Translations under genes and position numbers: made by a program | In this document: piece by piece, positions 55,540 through 64,000 of the stretch | Position numbering within the stretch: position 1 is the stretch's first letter | How the letters are laid out: each line of letters starts with the position of its first letter | Assembly: GCA_963813535.1 (NCBI GenBank) | Contig: CAWEZH010000003.1 | Location: forward strand, 544,001-608,000 | Source of the DNA: an uncultured Chloroflexia bacterium | GTDB lineage: Bacteria > Chloroflexota > Limnocylindria > Limnocylindrales > CSP1-4 | Length of the DNA stretch: 64,000 nt | Direction: 5' to 3' | The notes under the pieces: generated by a model | The model's database searches: none | Seen by the model: only the letters and a program-made list of their open reading frames with translations | Told to the model about the DNA's origin: nothing

Positions 55540-57602
55540 CGCCAGGTGCTGCGCGCGGCGTCCGGATAGAGGCGGACCCTCCGGAACGGCTCTCGGCCGC
55601 GGGAGCGGGACACCAGGTTGGCGCGCTCCGCCATCTGGTGCTGGAGCCTGCGGATGTAGGCGTTCTGGGGGGACAGCTCGACCGCTTCGGACGATTGGAT
55701 GACGGCATCGATCGCGTCCTCGGTCTCCCGCAGCGCGGCCTCGCGGGGGTCGATCTCGAGCGAGAAGATCGACGTCAGGCTCGACTGCATCTGCGGGACC
55801 GTGTTGCTCTTGAGGACGTAGATCGGCATCGCGCGCTCCTCGGCCTCGCGGAGGAGTGGCGTCTTCTGCTTGTACTCGTTCTTGAGCGTCATGACGACAT
55901 CCGCTTCGTCGACGTCCCGGGCGATGACGACCGGCAGCCCGAGATCGCGGACCGCTTGCTCGAGCCGCTTGCGGCTGATGCCCTGGGGCAGGACCCGGAG
56001 CGTCGGCAGCGGTGAGCCGCCCGGCACGAGCACGGTCTCCCCGTGCTCGCCCTCGACCGCGCCGAGCGGCAGCGCCTCGGCTTCGTCGGCCTCGAGGTCG
56101 TCGGCGTTGACCGGCGCAGTGCCCTCGTCCGCCTTGTACGACTGCATCGCTCGCGATGCCTGATCCCGCCAGGCCTTCTGGCGTTCGAGCTCGCGGGCTT
56201 CGCGCGCGCGCTTCTCGAGGGTCGTAGCGGCGACCCCGCGCTCGAGCGGGCCGCGGTCGGCGATGTCACCGGCGACGAACGGGATGTCGCTAGGGCGTGC
56301 CGCGAAGCGCTCGCCGGGCATGACGTCGGGGTCGGCGCTCGACACCGGGCCGCGCGGCGCCTCGCGTCCCGGTCCGCCACGGGCCTGGCGCCAACCGCCG
56401 GACGCCCCGGGTCGATAGCCGGGCCGGTACGAGCCCCGCTCCGCTTCGCGGTAGCCGCCCCGCGCAGAGCCATCGCCGCGCCAGCCGGGCTCCATCCGCC
56501 ACGGCGAACCGCCACCGACCAGGCCCGCGAAGCGTTCGGCGCCCAGCTGCTCCCGGGGCGACGGCCTCGGCCGGCCCTGCGAGCGATGCACGCCCTCCTC
56601 GTCGCGCCAGCGCAGCTCGGGCGCCACGGCGTCGCCGCGCAGGAGCGCGTCGACGGTCTCGGCGACGTCGCTATGGACGGCCACCCGCTCCCGGTCCTGG
56701 ATCTCGACGATCACGTCGAACGTCGGGGGCGCCTTGCGCTCCAGCACGCTCTTCTGGGTCCGCCGCCGGCGAGCCTCCTCGTCACCGAGCGTCACGCTCT
56801 GGATCCCGCCGATGAGATCCGACAGCGTCGGATTGAGCATCAGGTTGTCGAGGTTGTTGCCGTGCGCCGTGCCGATGAGCTGCACACCGCGCTCGGCGAT
56901 CGTGCGGGCGGCCTGCGCCTCGAGCTCCGTTCCGATCTCGTCGATGACGATGACCTGGGGCATGTGGTTCTCGACCGCCTCGATCATCACCTCGTGCTGC
57001 AGCGATGGGGTGCGGACCTGCATCCGGCGGGCCTTGCCGATGGCCGGATGCGGGATGTCGCCGTCGCCGGCGATCTCGTTCGACGTGTCGACGACGACGA
57101 CGCGCTTGTCGACGTCGTCGGCGAGCACCCGCGCGGCCTCGCGGAGCATCGTGGTCTTGCCGATGCCCGGCCGGCCCATGATGAGGATCGACTTCCCGCT
57201 CTCGACGAAGTCCGCGATGATCTCGATCGTCCCGTACACCGCGCGACCGACGCGGCATGTCAATCCGACGACCTTGCCATTGCGGTTGCGGATCGCACTG
57301 ATGCGGTGGAGCGTGCGCTCGATACCCGCGCGGTTGTCGTCCCCGAACGAGCCGATGTGGTCGATGACGAAGGCGATGTCCGCCTCGACGATCTCACGAT
57401 CCAGGAGGGCAACCTCGGAATCAGGAAAGCGGCCCTCCGGGCGTCGACCGAGGTCCATGACGACCTCGATCAGCTCCTCACGATCGGGCAGCGCATGGAC
57501 GGCGTCGACGATCTCGGGCGGCAGCGATGACAGCATGGCGTCGAGATCGTCGATGGTCTCGCGCTGGCGGTCGTCGGATCCCACGCTGGCCTCCAGTCCC
57601 AC
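55536..57602 (-). CDS. Ycf45/SpoIIIAA-like AAA ATPase with a C-terminal R3H domain
   Basis: EVVMDLGR.P, RTLHRISAIRN, GRPGIGKTT, VDTSNEIAGDGD, IDEIG, RRLQH (R3H). Confidence 0.9.
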   Translation of the reverse strand: MGLEASVGSDDRQRETIDDLDAMLSSLPPEIVDAVHALPDREELIEVVMDLGRRPEGRFPDSEVALLDREIVEADIAFVIDHIGSFGDDNRAGIERTLHRISAIRNRNGKVVGLTCRVGRAVYGTIEIIADFVESGKSILIMGRPGIGKTTMLREAARVLADDVDKRVVVVDTSNEIAGDGDIPHPAIGKARRMQVRTPSLQHEVMIEAVENHMPQVIVIDEIGTELEAQAARTIAERGVQLIGTAHGNNLDNLMLNPTLSDLIGGIQSVTLGDEEARRRRTQKSVLERKAPPTFDVIVEIQDRERVAVHSDVAETVDALLRGDAVAPELRWRDEEGVHRSQGRPRPSPREQLGAERFAGLVGGGSPWRMEPGWRGDGSARGGYREAERGSYRPGYRPGASGGWRQARGGPGREAPRGPVSSADPDVMPGERFAARPSDIPFVAGDIADRGPLERGVAATTLEKRAREARELERQKAWRDQASRAMQSYKADEGTAPVNADDLEADEAEALPLGAVEGEHGETVLVPGGSPLPTLRVLPQGISRKRLEQAVRDLGLPVVIARDVDEADVVMTLKNEYKQKTPLLREAEERAMPIYVLKSNTVPQMQSSLTSIFSLEIDPREAALRETEDAIDAVIQSSEAVELSPQNAYIRRLQHQMAERANLVSRSRGREPFRRVRLYPDAARSTWR

Positions 57603-57604
57603 GG

Positions 57605-58669
57605 CTAGCGGACCCCGGCCGGCACGAGGGCCGGCTCGGCGACGCGGACGAGCGTCTCCTTCATGAGCAGCGTGACGCTCGCGATCGATCCGAAGGATGC
57701 GTCCTCCAGGCGCCGGTCGATCGGCCCCTCATAGGTTCGCACGGGCGCGATGACGCCGTGGTCGTGTCGATGTTCGCTTCCTTTCGTCGTGCGTGCTTCG
57801 ATGATGCCCAGTCCGAATCCGATGAGCGCCGCGACATCGGTCTCGGGCCTTGCGAGCACCTTCAGGTAATGCGGCTGGTCCTCCTTGGCCACACCGACCT
57901 GCAGGAAGCCGTCGAGCTCCGTGCCGTCCTTGCCCCCGCCGGGTGCTTCCTGCACGAACGCTTCGATGTCGGCGAACCGCAGGATCGGGGCGAGGCTCGA
58001 GCGGGGCACGCGCCAGTGATTGCCCTGACGCTCCCAATCGGGGAGACGGATGGCCTCGAGGCGAGCCACCGGCGGCGGGGTAGCCGCGACATACAAGCGG
58101 TTGAGGGCCAGCGCATCGATCTGCTGGGCCGGACGGATCCGCGCGTCCCTGGTCGCCTTGTCGGTCCACGGCTTGGGCAGCTCCCCGTCCGGGCGGAACA
58201 TGATCCGTTCTTCCCCGTAGCGGATGAACCCGGCCTGCATCATCAGCTCCACGTTGCCGTCGACATCGGCACAGGCGACATGGAACCGCGCTGCCCCGCG
58301 CTTCGAGCCCTCTCGAAGGAGCTGGTTGACGAGCCGGTAGCGGATGTCGCCGGCGTCGGCCATCCCGACGGCATCGAGCTCGACGATCGTCCATTCGTCG
58401 CGGGTCGACTCGCGCTCCACACGGAGCAGCCCCGCGATCCGGCCGTCCTCCTCGTACACGTACATCAGGTCATTGGGGCGGAATGCCCCGAGCGGCAGCC
58501 GGAACAGGCTGAAGACGCCGATCGGCGGGCCGCTCACCGGCAGCCCGAGCGACCGGGTCGACGGATCGTCCGACTGGCACAGCCGTGAAAGCTCGCCCAG
58601 CGCGGCGAGGTCGGTGAGGCGGGCCGGGCGGACCTTGCCCTGCTTCCTGGGTGCGCGCGTGGCGGTCAT
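57605..58669 (-). CDS. Putative tandem GNAT-fold protein
   Basis: VRPARLTD and IRPAQQID starts, YVYEEDGRIAG, AGF..YGEE; ATGA coupling to pdxT. Confidence 0.6.
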   Translation of the reverse strand: MTATRAPRKQGKVRPARLTDLAALGELSRLCQSDDPSTRSLGLPVSGPPIGVFSLFRLPLGAFRPNDLMYVYEEDGRIAGLLRVERESTRDEWTIVELDAVGMADAGDIRYRLVNQLLREGSKRGAARFHVACADVDGNVELMMQAGFIRYGEERIMFRPDGELPKPWTDKATRDARIRPAQQIDALALNRLYVAATPPPVARLEAIRLPDWERQGNHWRVPRSSLAPILRFADIEAFVQEAPGGGKDGTELDGFLQVGVAKEDQPHYLKVLARPETDVAALIGFGLGIIEARTTKGSEHRHDHGVIAPVRTYEGPIDRRLEDASFGSIASVTLLMKETLVRVAEPALVPAGVR

Positions 58670-59301
58670 CGAACCTGCGTCCGCCTCGTCGGATGCGGTC
58701 GACGGCCGGATCCCTCGCCGGGGTCATCGTGCTCGGATGCCATCGTCGCGAGGAGGCGGTGGAAGCGCGTCTCGCCGGCGAGCTCCGGATGGAAGGCGGT
58801 GGCGAGCACGTTCCGCTCCCGGACGGCCACGATCCGGCCATCGTCGAGCCGCGCAAGGACGTCGACGTCGGGGCCCGCGTGCTCGATCACCGGTGCCCGG
58901 ATGAAGACGGCATGGACCGGTGTCGAGCCGAGGATGTCGATCGGGAGGTCGGTCTCGAACGAGTCCAGCTGGCGGCCGAAGGCGTTCCGTTCCACCCGGA
59001 CGTCGAGCAGGGGCAGGATCGGGTCCTCCTCGCCGGCGATGTCGCGTGCCAGGACGATCATCCCCGCACACGTGCCGAAGATCGGCGCGCCGGATCGCGC
59101 GAGGTCGAGGATGGGCTCGCGCAGACCCCAGCGGTCGATGAGCTGCCGCATGGTGGTGCTCTCGCCGCCGGGCAGGATCAGACCGCTGACGCCCTTCAGG
59201 TCGGCCGGCTCGCGCACGCGAACGCCCTCGACCCCGATGGCGTCGAGGGTGTCGAGATGCTCACGGAAGGCCCCCTGCAGGGCCAGTACACCGATCTTCA
59301 C
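58666..59301 (-). CDS. pdxT: PLP synthase glutaminase subunit
   Basis: GVLALQG.F.EH, PGGESTT, GTCAGMI, RNAFGRQ..SFE, FIRAP, FHPEL. Confidence 0.96.
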   Translation of the reverse strand: MKIGVLALQGAFREHLDTLDAIGVEGVRVREPADLKGVSGLILPGGESTTMRQLIDRWGLREPILDLARSGAPIFGTCAGMIVLARDIAGEEDPILPLLDVRVERNAFGRQLDSFETDLPIDILGSTPVHAVFIRAPVIEHAGPDVDVLARLDDGRIVAVRERNVLATAFHPELAGETRFHRLLATMASEHDDPGEGSGRRPHPTRRTQVR

Positions 59302-59337
59302 GGTCAGGTGAATGCTACGTCGTACCAGCACGTTCGC

Positions 59338-59393
59338 TCCGAGGACCGCGGCGACGCTCCCGTGAGCCAGCGGTCCGAGGACCTCCGCGGCGA
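59338..59393. repeat. Imperfect direct repeat between pdxS and pdxT
   Basis: TCCGAGGACCGCGGCGA (59338-59354) and TCCGAGGACCTCCGCGGCGA (59374-59393). Confidence 0.55.
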
Positions 59394-59419
59394 AAGCGGC
59401 CCGGATCGACGAGACGTCG

Positions 59420-60307
59420 CTACCAGCCGCGGACGGCGAGGCGCTCCTGCTCCGGGATCTCCTCGAGGGCGATCCCGCGCATCGGGGCGCCTAGGCCCTT
59501 CGAGACCTCGGCGATCTTCTTCGCGTCGTCGAAGAACGTCGTCGCCTGGACGATGGCGTTGGCCATCCGTGCCGGGTCCTCGCTCTTGAAGATGCCCGAG
59601 CCGACGAAGACGCCCTCGGCGCCGAGCTGCATGACGAGGGCCGCGTCGGACGGGGTCGAGATTCCGCCCGCCACGAAGTTCACGACCGGCAGTCGGCCGT
59701 CGGTGGCGACGTCCTTCACGATCTCGAACGGCGCCTGCAGCTCCTTGGCGGCCACGAACAACTCGTCCTCGCGCATCCCCTGGAGACGGCGGATCTCGCT
59801 GTTGACGTCGCGCAGCTGGCGGACGGCCTCGACGATGTTGCCCGTCCCCGCCTCGCCCTTGGTGCGCATCATCGCGGCGCCCTCGTTGATGCGGCGGAGT
59901 GCCTCACCGAGGTTCCGGCAACCGCACACGAACGGCACGTTGAACGCGTGCTTGTCGATGTGGTTGGTCTCGTCGGCCGGGGTCAGGACCTCGGATTCGT
60001 CGATGTAGTCGACGCCGAGCGCCTCGAGCACCTGCGCCTCGACGAAGTGGCCGATGCGGGCCTTGGCCATGACGGGGATCGTCACGGCGTCCATGATCCC
60101 GGTGATCATCTCGGGGTCGGACATGCGCGCGACGCCGCCGGCCTTGCGGATATCGGCCGGCACACGCTCGAGGGCCATCACCGCGACGGCACCGGCGTCT
60201 TCCGCGATCTTGGCCTGGTCGGGCGTGACGACGTCCATGATGACGCCGCCCTTGAGCATCTGGGCGAGACCCTTCTTGGTCGCCCAGGTGGAGGTTTCGA
60301 CGGTCAT
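59420..60307 (-). CDS. pdxS: PLP synthase lyase subunit
   Basis: [50 protein letters not shown]. Confidence 0.98.
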   Translation of the reverse strand: MTVETSTWATKKGLAQMLKGGVIMDVVTPDQAKIAEDAGAVAVMALERVPADIRKAGGVARMSDPEMITGIMDAVTIPVMAKARIGHFVEAQVLEALGVDYIDESEVLTPADETNHIDKHAFNVPFVCGCRNLGEALRRINEGAAMMRTKGEAGTGNIVEAVRQLRDVNSEIRRLQGMREDELFVAAKELQAPFEIVKDVATDGRLPVVNFVAGGISTPSDAALVMQLGAEGVFVGSGIFKSEDPARMANAIVQATTFFDDAKKIAEVSKGLGAPMRGIALEEIPEQERLAVRGW

Positions 60308-60376
60308 GTGGGCTGTGGTTTCCTCATGGTTCGGGTCGCGCCGCGGGCCCGTCGGGGCGTGTCGCGCGCGTTCAGG

Positions 60377-60453
60377 ATTATGTCACGGGCCCCTTCCGAG
60401 GCCAATGAAGGAGGCCACCCGACCCGCCCTGCGAGCGCTGGACTCGAATGGAC
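60377..60453 (-). promoter_or_regulatory. pdxS promoter with candidate operator repeats
   Basis: TTGGCC-N17-CATAAT; TGGCCTC direct repeat (60398-60404, 60411-60417); oppositely oriented TGGAC pair (60439-60453). Confidence 0.5.
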
Positions 60454-60480
60454 CGGTCGGGCGGTCAGGGACTGCGGTCC

Positions 60481-60990
60481 CTACGTGTCGACGAACGTGA
60501 AGCGGGTCATATCGTCGGGGAAGGTGGTCCAGGCGAATGCCTTCGTGGGCTGCAACTCCCACAGGCCGCCGTGCGTCCAGTGGTCCGCCGATGCCTCGTA
60601 CGTGGGCTTGTACTTCGCATAGCCCGCCAGGATCCGGTCGGCGATCGATGCCTCCGGCGCGGTCAGTTCCACGGCCGAGCCCTCGACGATGACCACCTCC
60701 GCGCCGGTCACGCCGGATCCGGCCCCTTCGACATGGATCGCCATCTGGGCGTTCTCGCGCAGGTTCCGCTGCCAGCGCGTCGGGCCGCCCTCGACATACC
60801 AATGACCGTCGACCCAGGCGCCCCAGATCGGGATGAGGTGCGGCGCGCCTTGGGCGCCGGCGGTCGCAAGCCAGTAGATCTCGGCGCGTTCGAGCCGCTC
60901 GACCGCCCAGGACCACGACAGCACGCCTTCGATCGTCGTGGGGATGCCGTACCCGGGAATGTGCGGCCGGTCGACGCGGGGTTCGCTCAC
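60481..60990 (-). CDS. Pyridoxamine 5'-phosphate oxidase-like (split-barrel) protein
   Basis: RP..PGYG, W.W...RL, YWLAT....PH..PIWG.W, RNL..N, VIVEG, TRF. Confidence 0.82.
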   Translation of the reverse strand: MSEPRVDRPHIPGYGIPTTIEGVLSWSWAVERLERAEIYWLATAGAQGAPHLIPIWGAWVDGHWYVEGGPTRWQRNLRENAQMAIHVEGAGSGVTGAEVVIVEGSAVELTAPEASIADRILAGYAKYKPTYEASADHWTHGGLWELQPTKAFAWTTFPDDMTRFTFVDT

Positions 60991-60995
60991 CCGAC

Positions 60996-61763
60996 CTAGC
61001 GCGAAACCGTCCGAACCACGCCGGACATCAGCTTCGTCGCGCGGCGTGCGGCCGTCGGCGAGAGTCGCGAGACCGCGTCGACGAGCTCCAGGACGTCGTC
61101 GTCGTCGAGGCCGCCGAGCAGGTCGAACAGCCGCAACACCGTGTCGTCCGGGATGCGATCCAGGAGGCGCAGCGCTCGTTCCAGCTCGCGCGGCTCGAGC
61201 TGCGGGACCAGGCCGACCGCCCGATCGAACAGCCGCACGAACACGACGAATGACGTCAGCCACTCCTCGAGCGCGGCGAGCTCGGCGTCGTCAGGGTCAG
61301 CTGCGGACGCCGCGGTCGCTTCCTTGGCCTTCTGCTCCAGGACGGCGACCACCGGGTCGCCCTCGCGGACCTTCCGCTCGGCGATCACGCGACCGAACCA
61401 CTGCCAGTGGTCGTTGACGGCCAGGAACGCGGTGCCCGCCGGGCCCCGACGACCGACGCGTCTCGGTTCCGACACGCGCGCGACGAGACCCCAGGATTCC
61501 GCCTCGGCGAGCGCGAGGCTCGCCGCACGATGCGACAGCCCGAGGGCCTCGCGGACTTCACGTTCGGTCAACGGCTCCTGGCGCGCCATCAGATAGGCCT
61601 GGACGCGAGCGATCGCCGGCGTGACGCCCCACGCCGCCCCCATCTCGCCCCACGCGTCGGCGAGGTCGAGCCTGATCGATTCTGCCGTCGATGGTCGGCC
61701 GGTGTCCGCCGCGGGATCGCCGTTCGATCCCTGGGCGTTGGTTGTGGCGATCGTTTCAGTCAT
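60996..61763 (-). CDS. GbsR/MarR-type transcriptional regulator
   Basis: WGEMG..WGV...ARV.AYL....EPLT..E....LGLS....S.AL.....WGLV. Confidence 0.78.
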   Translation of the reverse strand: MTETIATTNAQGSNGDPAADTGRPSTAESIRLDLADAWGEMGAAWGVTPAIARVQAYLMARQEPLTEREVREALGLSHRAASLALAEAESWGLVARVSEPRRVGRRGPAGTAFLAVNDHWQWFGRVIAERKVREGDPVVAVLEQKAKEATAASAADPDDAELAALEEWLTSFVVFVRLFDRAVGLVPQLEPRELERALRLLDRIPDDTVLRLFDLLGGLDDDDVLELVDAVSRLSPTAARRATKLMSGVVRTVSR

Positions 61764-61808
61764 AACTTGCTATGTGATGGTAGCACGAGACTGAGCGGGT
61801 TCTGGCGC

Positions 61809-62270
61809 TCAGACCGCCCCGCCGGCAGACAGCGCCGCTTCGACCGCCGCGAACACCGGATGATCGGCGTCGATCTCGGTCTCGCAGGAGGCGACGCGTT
61901 CGACGCCTCCCGGTGCACCGAACTCGTAGATGCGCTCCTGGCCGTCGAAGTTGACAGGGCATTCGCCGGTGAACGGGCGGGCGCGGATCGCCGCGAAATC
62001 GGTCGTCTTGATCGCCGCGTCCAGCGCCGCGAGCAGCTCCGGCGGGACCTGCCCCAGCACGACGTCCTCGGGCAGTGTCTGGCGGAGCTGCCCGTCGCGA
62101 TCGATCACGAGCGTCGAACCGCACGGTCCATCCGGGCACTCGCCACCTCGCGAGGTGACGGTGACGAGTGGTCCGGCCGTCGCAGGAAGGAGCGATGCCA
62201 CCGCAGCCGGTGAGCAGGCCGCAGCCACGAGCACGATCGCGACGACCCGGGCACCGATGCGCATCGACAT
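61809..62270 (-). CDS. Putative lipoprotein with paired cysteines
   Basis: Lipobox AAAC; GGECPDGPC and GECP...SC. Confidence 0.7.
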   Translation of the reverse strand: MSMRIGARVVAIVLVAAACSPAAVASLLPATAGPLVTVTSRGGECPDGPCGSTLVIDRDGQLRQTLPEDVVLGQVPPELLAALDAAIKTTDFAAIRARPFTGECPVNFDGQERIYEFGAPGGVERVASCETEIDADHPVFAAVEAALSAGGAV

Positions 62271-62321
62271 GGCTGCCGGACGGACGTGGCGTGCTGTCGG
62301 TTCCGACCTATCATCGGCGGC

Positions 62322-63920
62322 ATGCCGGTCCTCCGCAGCCGCCTCGACCCTGCGGCGCCGGATACCCGTGCCAATCACGACGCGATGGCCGCCCTCGTCG
62401 ACGACCTGCGGGCCCGTCAATCGGAGGTCGCTGATCGCGGAGCCGGCGGGGACGACCGCTCGATCGAGCGTCATCGCGAGCGGGGCAAGCTCCCTGTCCG
62501 CGAACGCATCGACCACCTGCTCGACCCGGGCTCGCCGTTCCTCGAGCTGAGCCCGCTCGCGGCGAACGGGCTCTATGACGGCGACGCACCGGGCGCGGGC
62601 ATCGTCACCGGCGTCGGGCGCGTCGAGGGCACGACCTGCGTGATCGTCGCCAACGACGCCACGGTCAAGGGCGGGACCTACTACCCCGCGACGGTCAAGA
62701 AGCACCTTCGAGCGCAGGAGATCGCGCTCGAGAACCGCCTGCCGTGCATCTACCTGGTCGACAGCGGTGGCGCGTTCCTGCCGCTCCAGGCCGACGTCTT
62801 CCCCGACCGCGATCACTTCGGGCGGATCTTCTACAACCAGGCGCGCATGTCGGCCGCGGCCATCCCACAGGTCGCCCTGGTCATGGGTTCGTGCACCGCC
62901 GGTGGCGCATACGTCCCGGCGATGAGCGATGAGACCGTGATCGTCAAGGGCACCGGGACGATCTTCCTCGGCGGTCCGCCGCTGGTGAAGGCCGCGACCG
63001 GCGAGGACGTGTCGGCCGAGGAGCTCGGGGGCGCCGAGGTCCATACGCGTCGGTCGGGCGTGGCCGATCACGAGGCGCTCGACGACGACCACGCGCTGGC
63101 CATCGGGCGCTCGATCATCGCGAACCTCAACCGTCGTCCGCCGTCGCCGCCGTGGGACCGCCGCGAGCCCGCCCAGCCGGCCGTCGACGCGGCCGGGCTG
63201 TACGGCGCCGTCTCGGCCGACCCGCGCCGACCCGTGCCGGTCCGGGAGATCATCGCCCGGCTGGTCGACGGCTCGCGGTTCCACGAGTTCAAACCGCTCT
63301 ACGGCGAGACGCTGGTCACCGGCTTCGGGCACGTCGACGGCTACCCGGTCGGCATCCTCGCCAACGACGGGATCCTGTTCAGCCAGTCGTCGCTGAAGGG
63401 CGCCCACTTCATCGAGCTGGCCTGCCAGCGCCGCATCCCGCTGGTCTTCCTCCAGAACATCACCGGGTTCATGGTCGGCCGTGAGTACGAGGAGGCCGGC
63501 ATCGCCAAGGATGGAGCGAAGCTCGTCATGGCGGTCGCCTCGGCCGAGGTCCCGAAATTCACCGTCCTGATCGGCGGCTCGTTCGGGGCCGGTAACTACG
63601 CGATGGCCGGTCGGGCGTACCAGCCCCGGTTCCTATGGTCGTGGCCGAACGCCCGGATCTCGGTCATGGGTGGCCAGCAGGCGGCGCGTGTCCTCTCGAC
63701 GGTTCGTGGCGACTTCCCCGACGACGCGGCTCGCGACGCGTTCGAAGCGCCGATCCTCGAGACCTACGAACGCGAGGGCTCGCCCTACTTCGCCACGGCC
63801 AGGTTGTGGGACGACGGTGTCATCGACCCGATGGACACGCGTCGCATCCTGTCCCTGGGCCTCGAGGCGGCGCTGCACGCGCCCATCCCCGAGACGCGGT
63901 TCGGGGTATTCCGTATGTGA
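62322..63920 (+). CDS. Acyl-CoA carboxylase carboxyltransferase subunit (methylcrotonoyl-CoA carboxylase beta-like)
   Basis: [50 protein letters not shown]. Confidence 0.93.
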   Translation: MPVLRSRLDPAAPDTRANHDAMAALVDDLRARQSEVADRGAGGDDRSIERHRERGKLPVRERIDHLLDPGSPFLELSPLAANGLYDGDAPGAGIVTGVGRVEGTTCVIVANDATVKGGTYYPATVKKHLRAQEIALENRLPCIYLVDSGGAFLPLQADVFPDRDHFGRIFYNQARMSAAAIPQVALVMGSCTAGGAYVPAMSDETVIVKGTGTIFLGGPPLVKAATGEDVSAEELGGAEVHTRRSGVADHEALDDDHALAIGRSIIANLNRRPPSPPWDRREPAQPAVDAAGLYGAVSADPRRPVPVREIIARLVDGSRFHEFKPLYGETLVTGFGHVDGYPVGILANDGILFSQSSLKGAHFIELACQRRIPLVFLQNITGFMVGREYEEAGIAKDGAKLVMAVASAEVPKFTVLIGGSFGAGNYAMAGRAYQPRFLWSWPNARISVMGGQQAARVLSTVRGDFPDDAARDAFEAPILETYEREGSPYFATARLWDDGVIDPMDTRRILSLGLEAALHAPIPETRFGVFRM

Positions 63921-63938
63921 CCCGGCAGGGAGGCATCG

Positions 63939-64000
63939 ATGCTCAAGTTCTACAGCGAGATCCCGACTGCCCGCTTCCGTGAATTGCTCGCCGACCTCTC
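63939..64000 (+). CDS. Partial CDS (N-terminus only)
   Basis: GGGAGG SD then ATG: MLKFYSEIPTARFRELLADL... Confidence 0.6.
   Translation, partial: MLKFYSEIPTARFRELLADL

Overview
A very GC-rich (about 70% by eye), gene-dense stretch of bacterial core chromosome. Gene content (GuaB3, DarA-type c-di-AMP receptor, UPF0182, Ycf45-like AAA-R3H, RskA-type anti-sigma) suggests a monoderm lineage, plausibly Chloroflexota; this is inference. Layout: (i) 1-17.8 kb, a cell-envelope and glycan locus (GT4s, wecB, polyprenol-phosphate glycosyltransferase, secreted GH18 and putative clan-CD peptidase with FlgD-Ig tails, rmlABDC, mreBC); (ii) 18-27.5 kb, ZIP, radC, a CPBP protease, three zinc-ribbon proteins and UPF0182; (iii) guaA and guaB3 separated by an accessory block with a two-component system whose kinase has a 1-nt frameshift; (iv) darA, GGDEF, ECF sigma/anti-sigma, tmk; (v) RcnA-like transporter, tldDE and downstream enzymes; (vi) AAA-R3H, GNAT, pdxST, regulator and a carboxyltransferase. 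I saw no rRNA, tRNA, CRISPR array or mobile element. The best candidate novelties are the peptidase/GH18 pair with a shared upstream motif, a promoter-spanning hairpin that covers the radC ribosome-binding site, a SigK-like mini-regulon and the zinc-ribbon/UPF0182 cluster. All calls come from reading motifs; no database searches were run.
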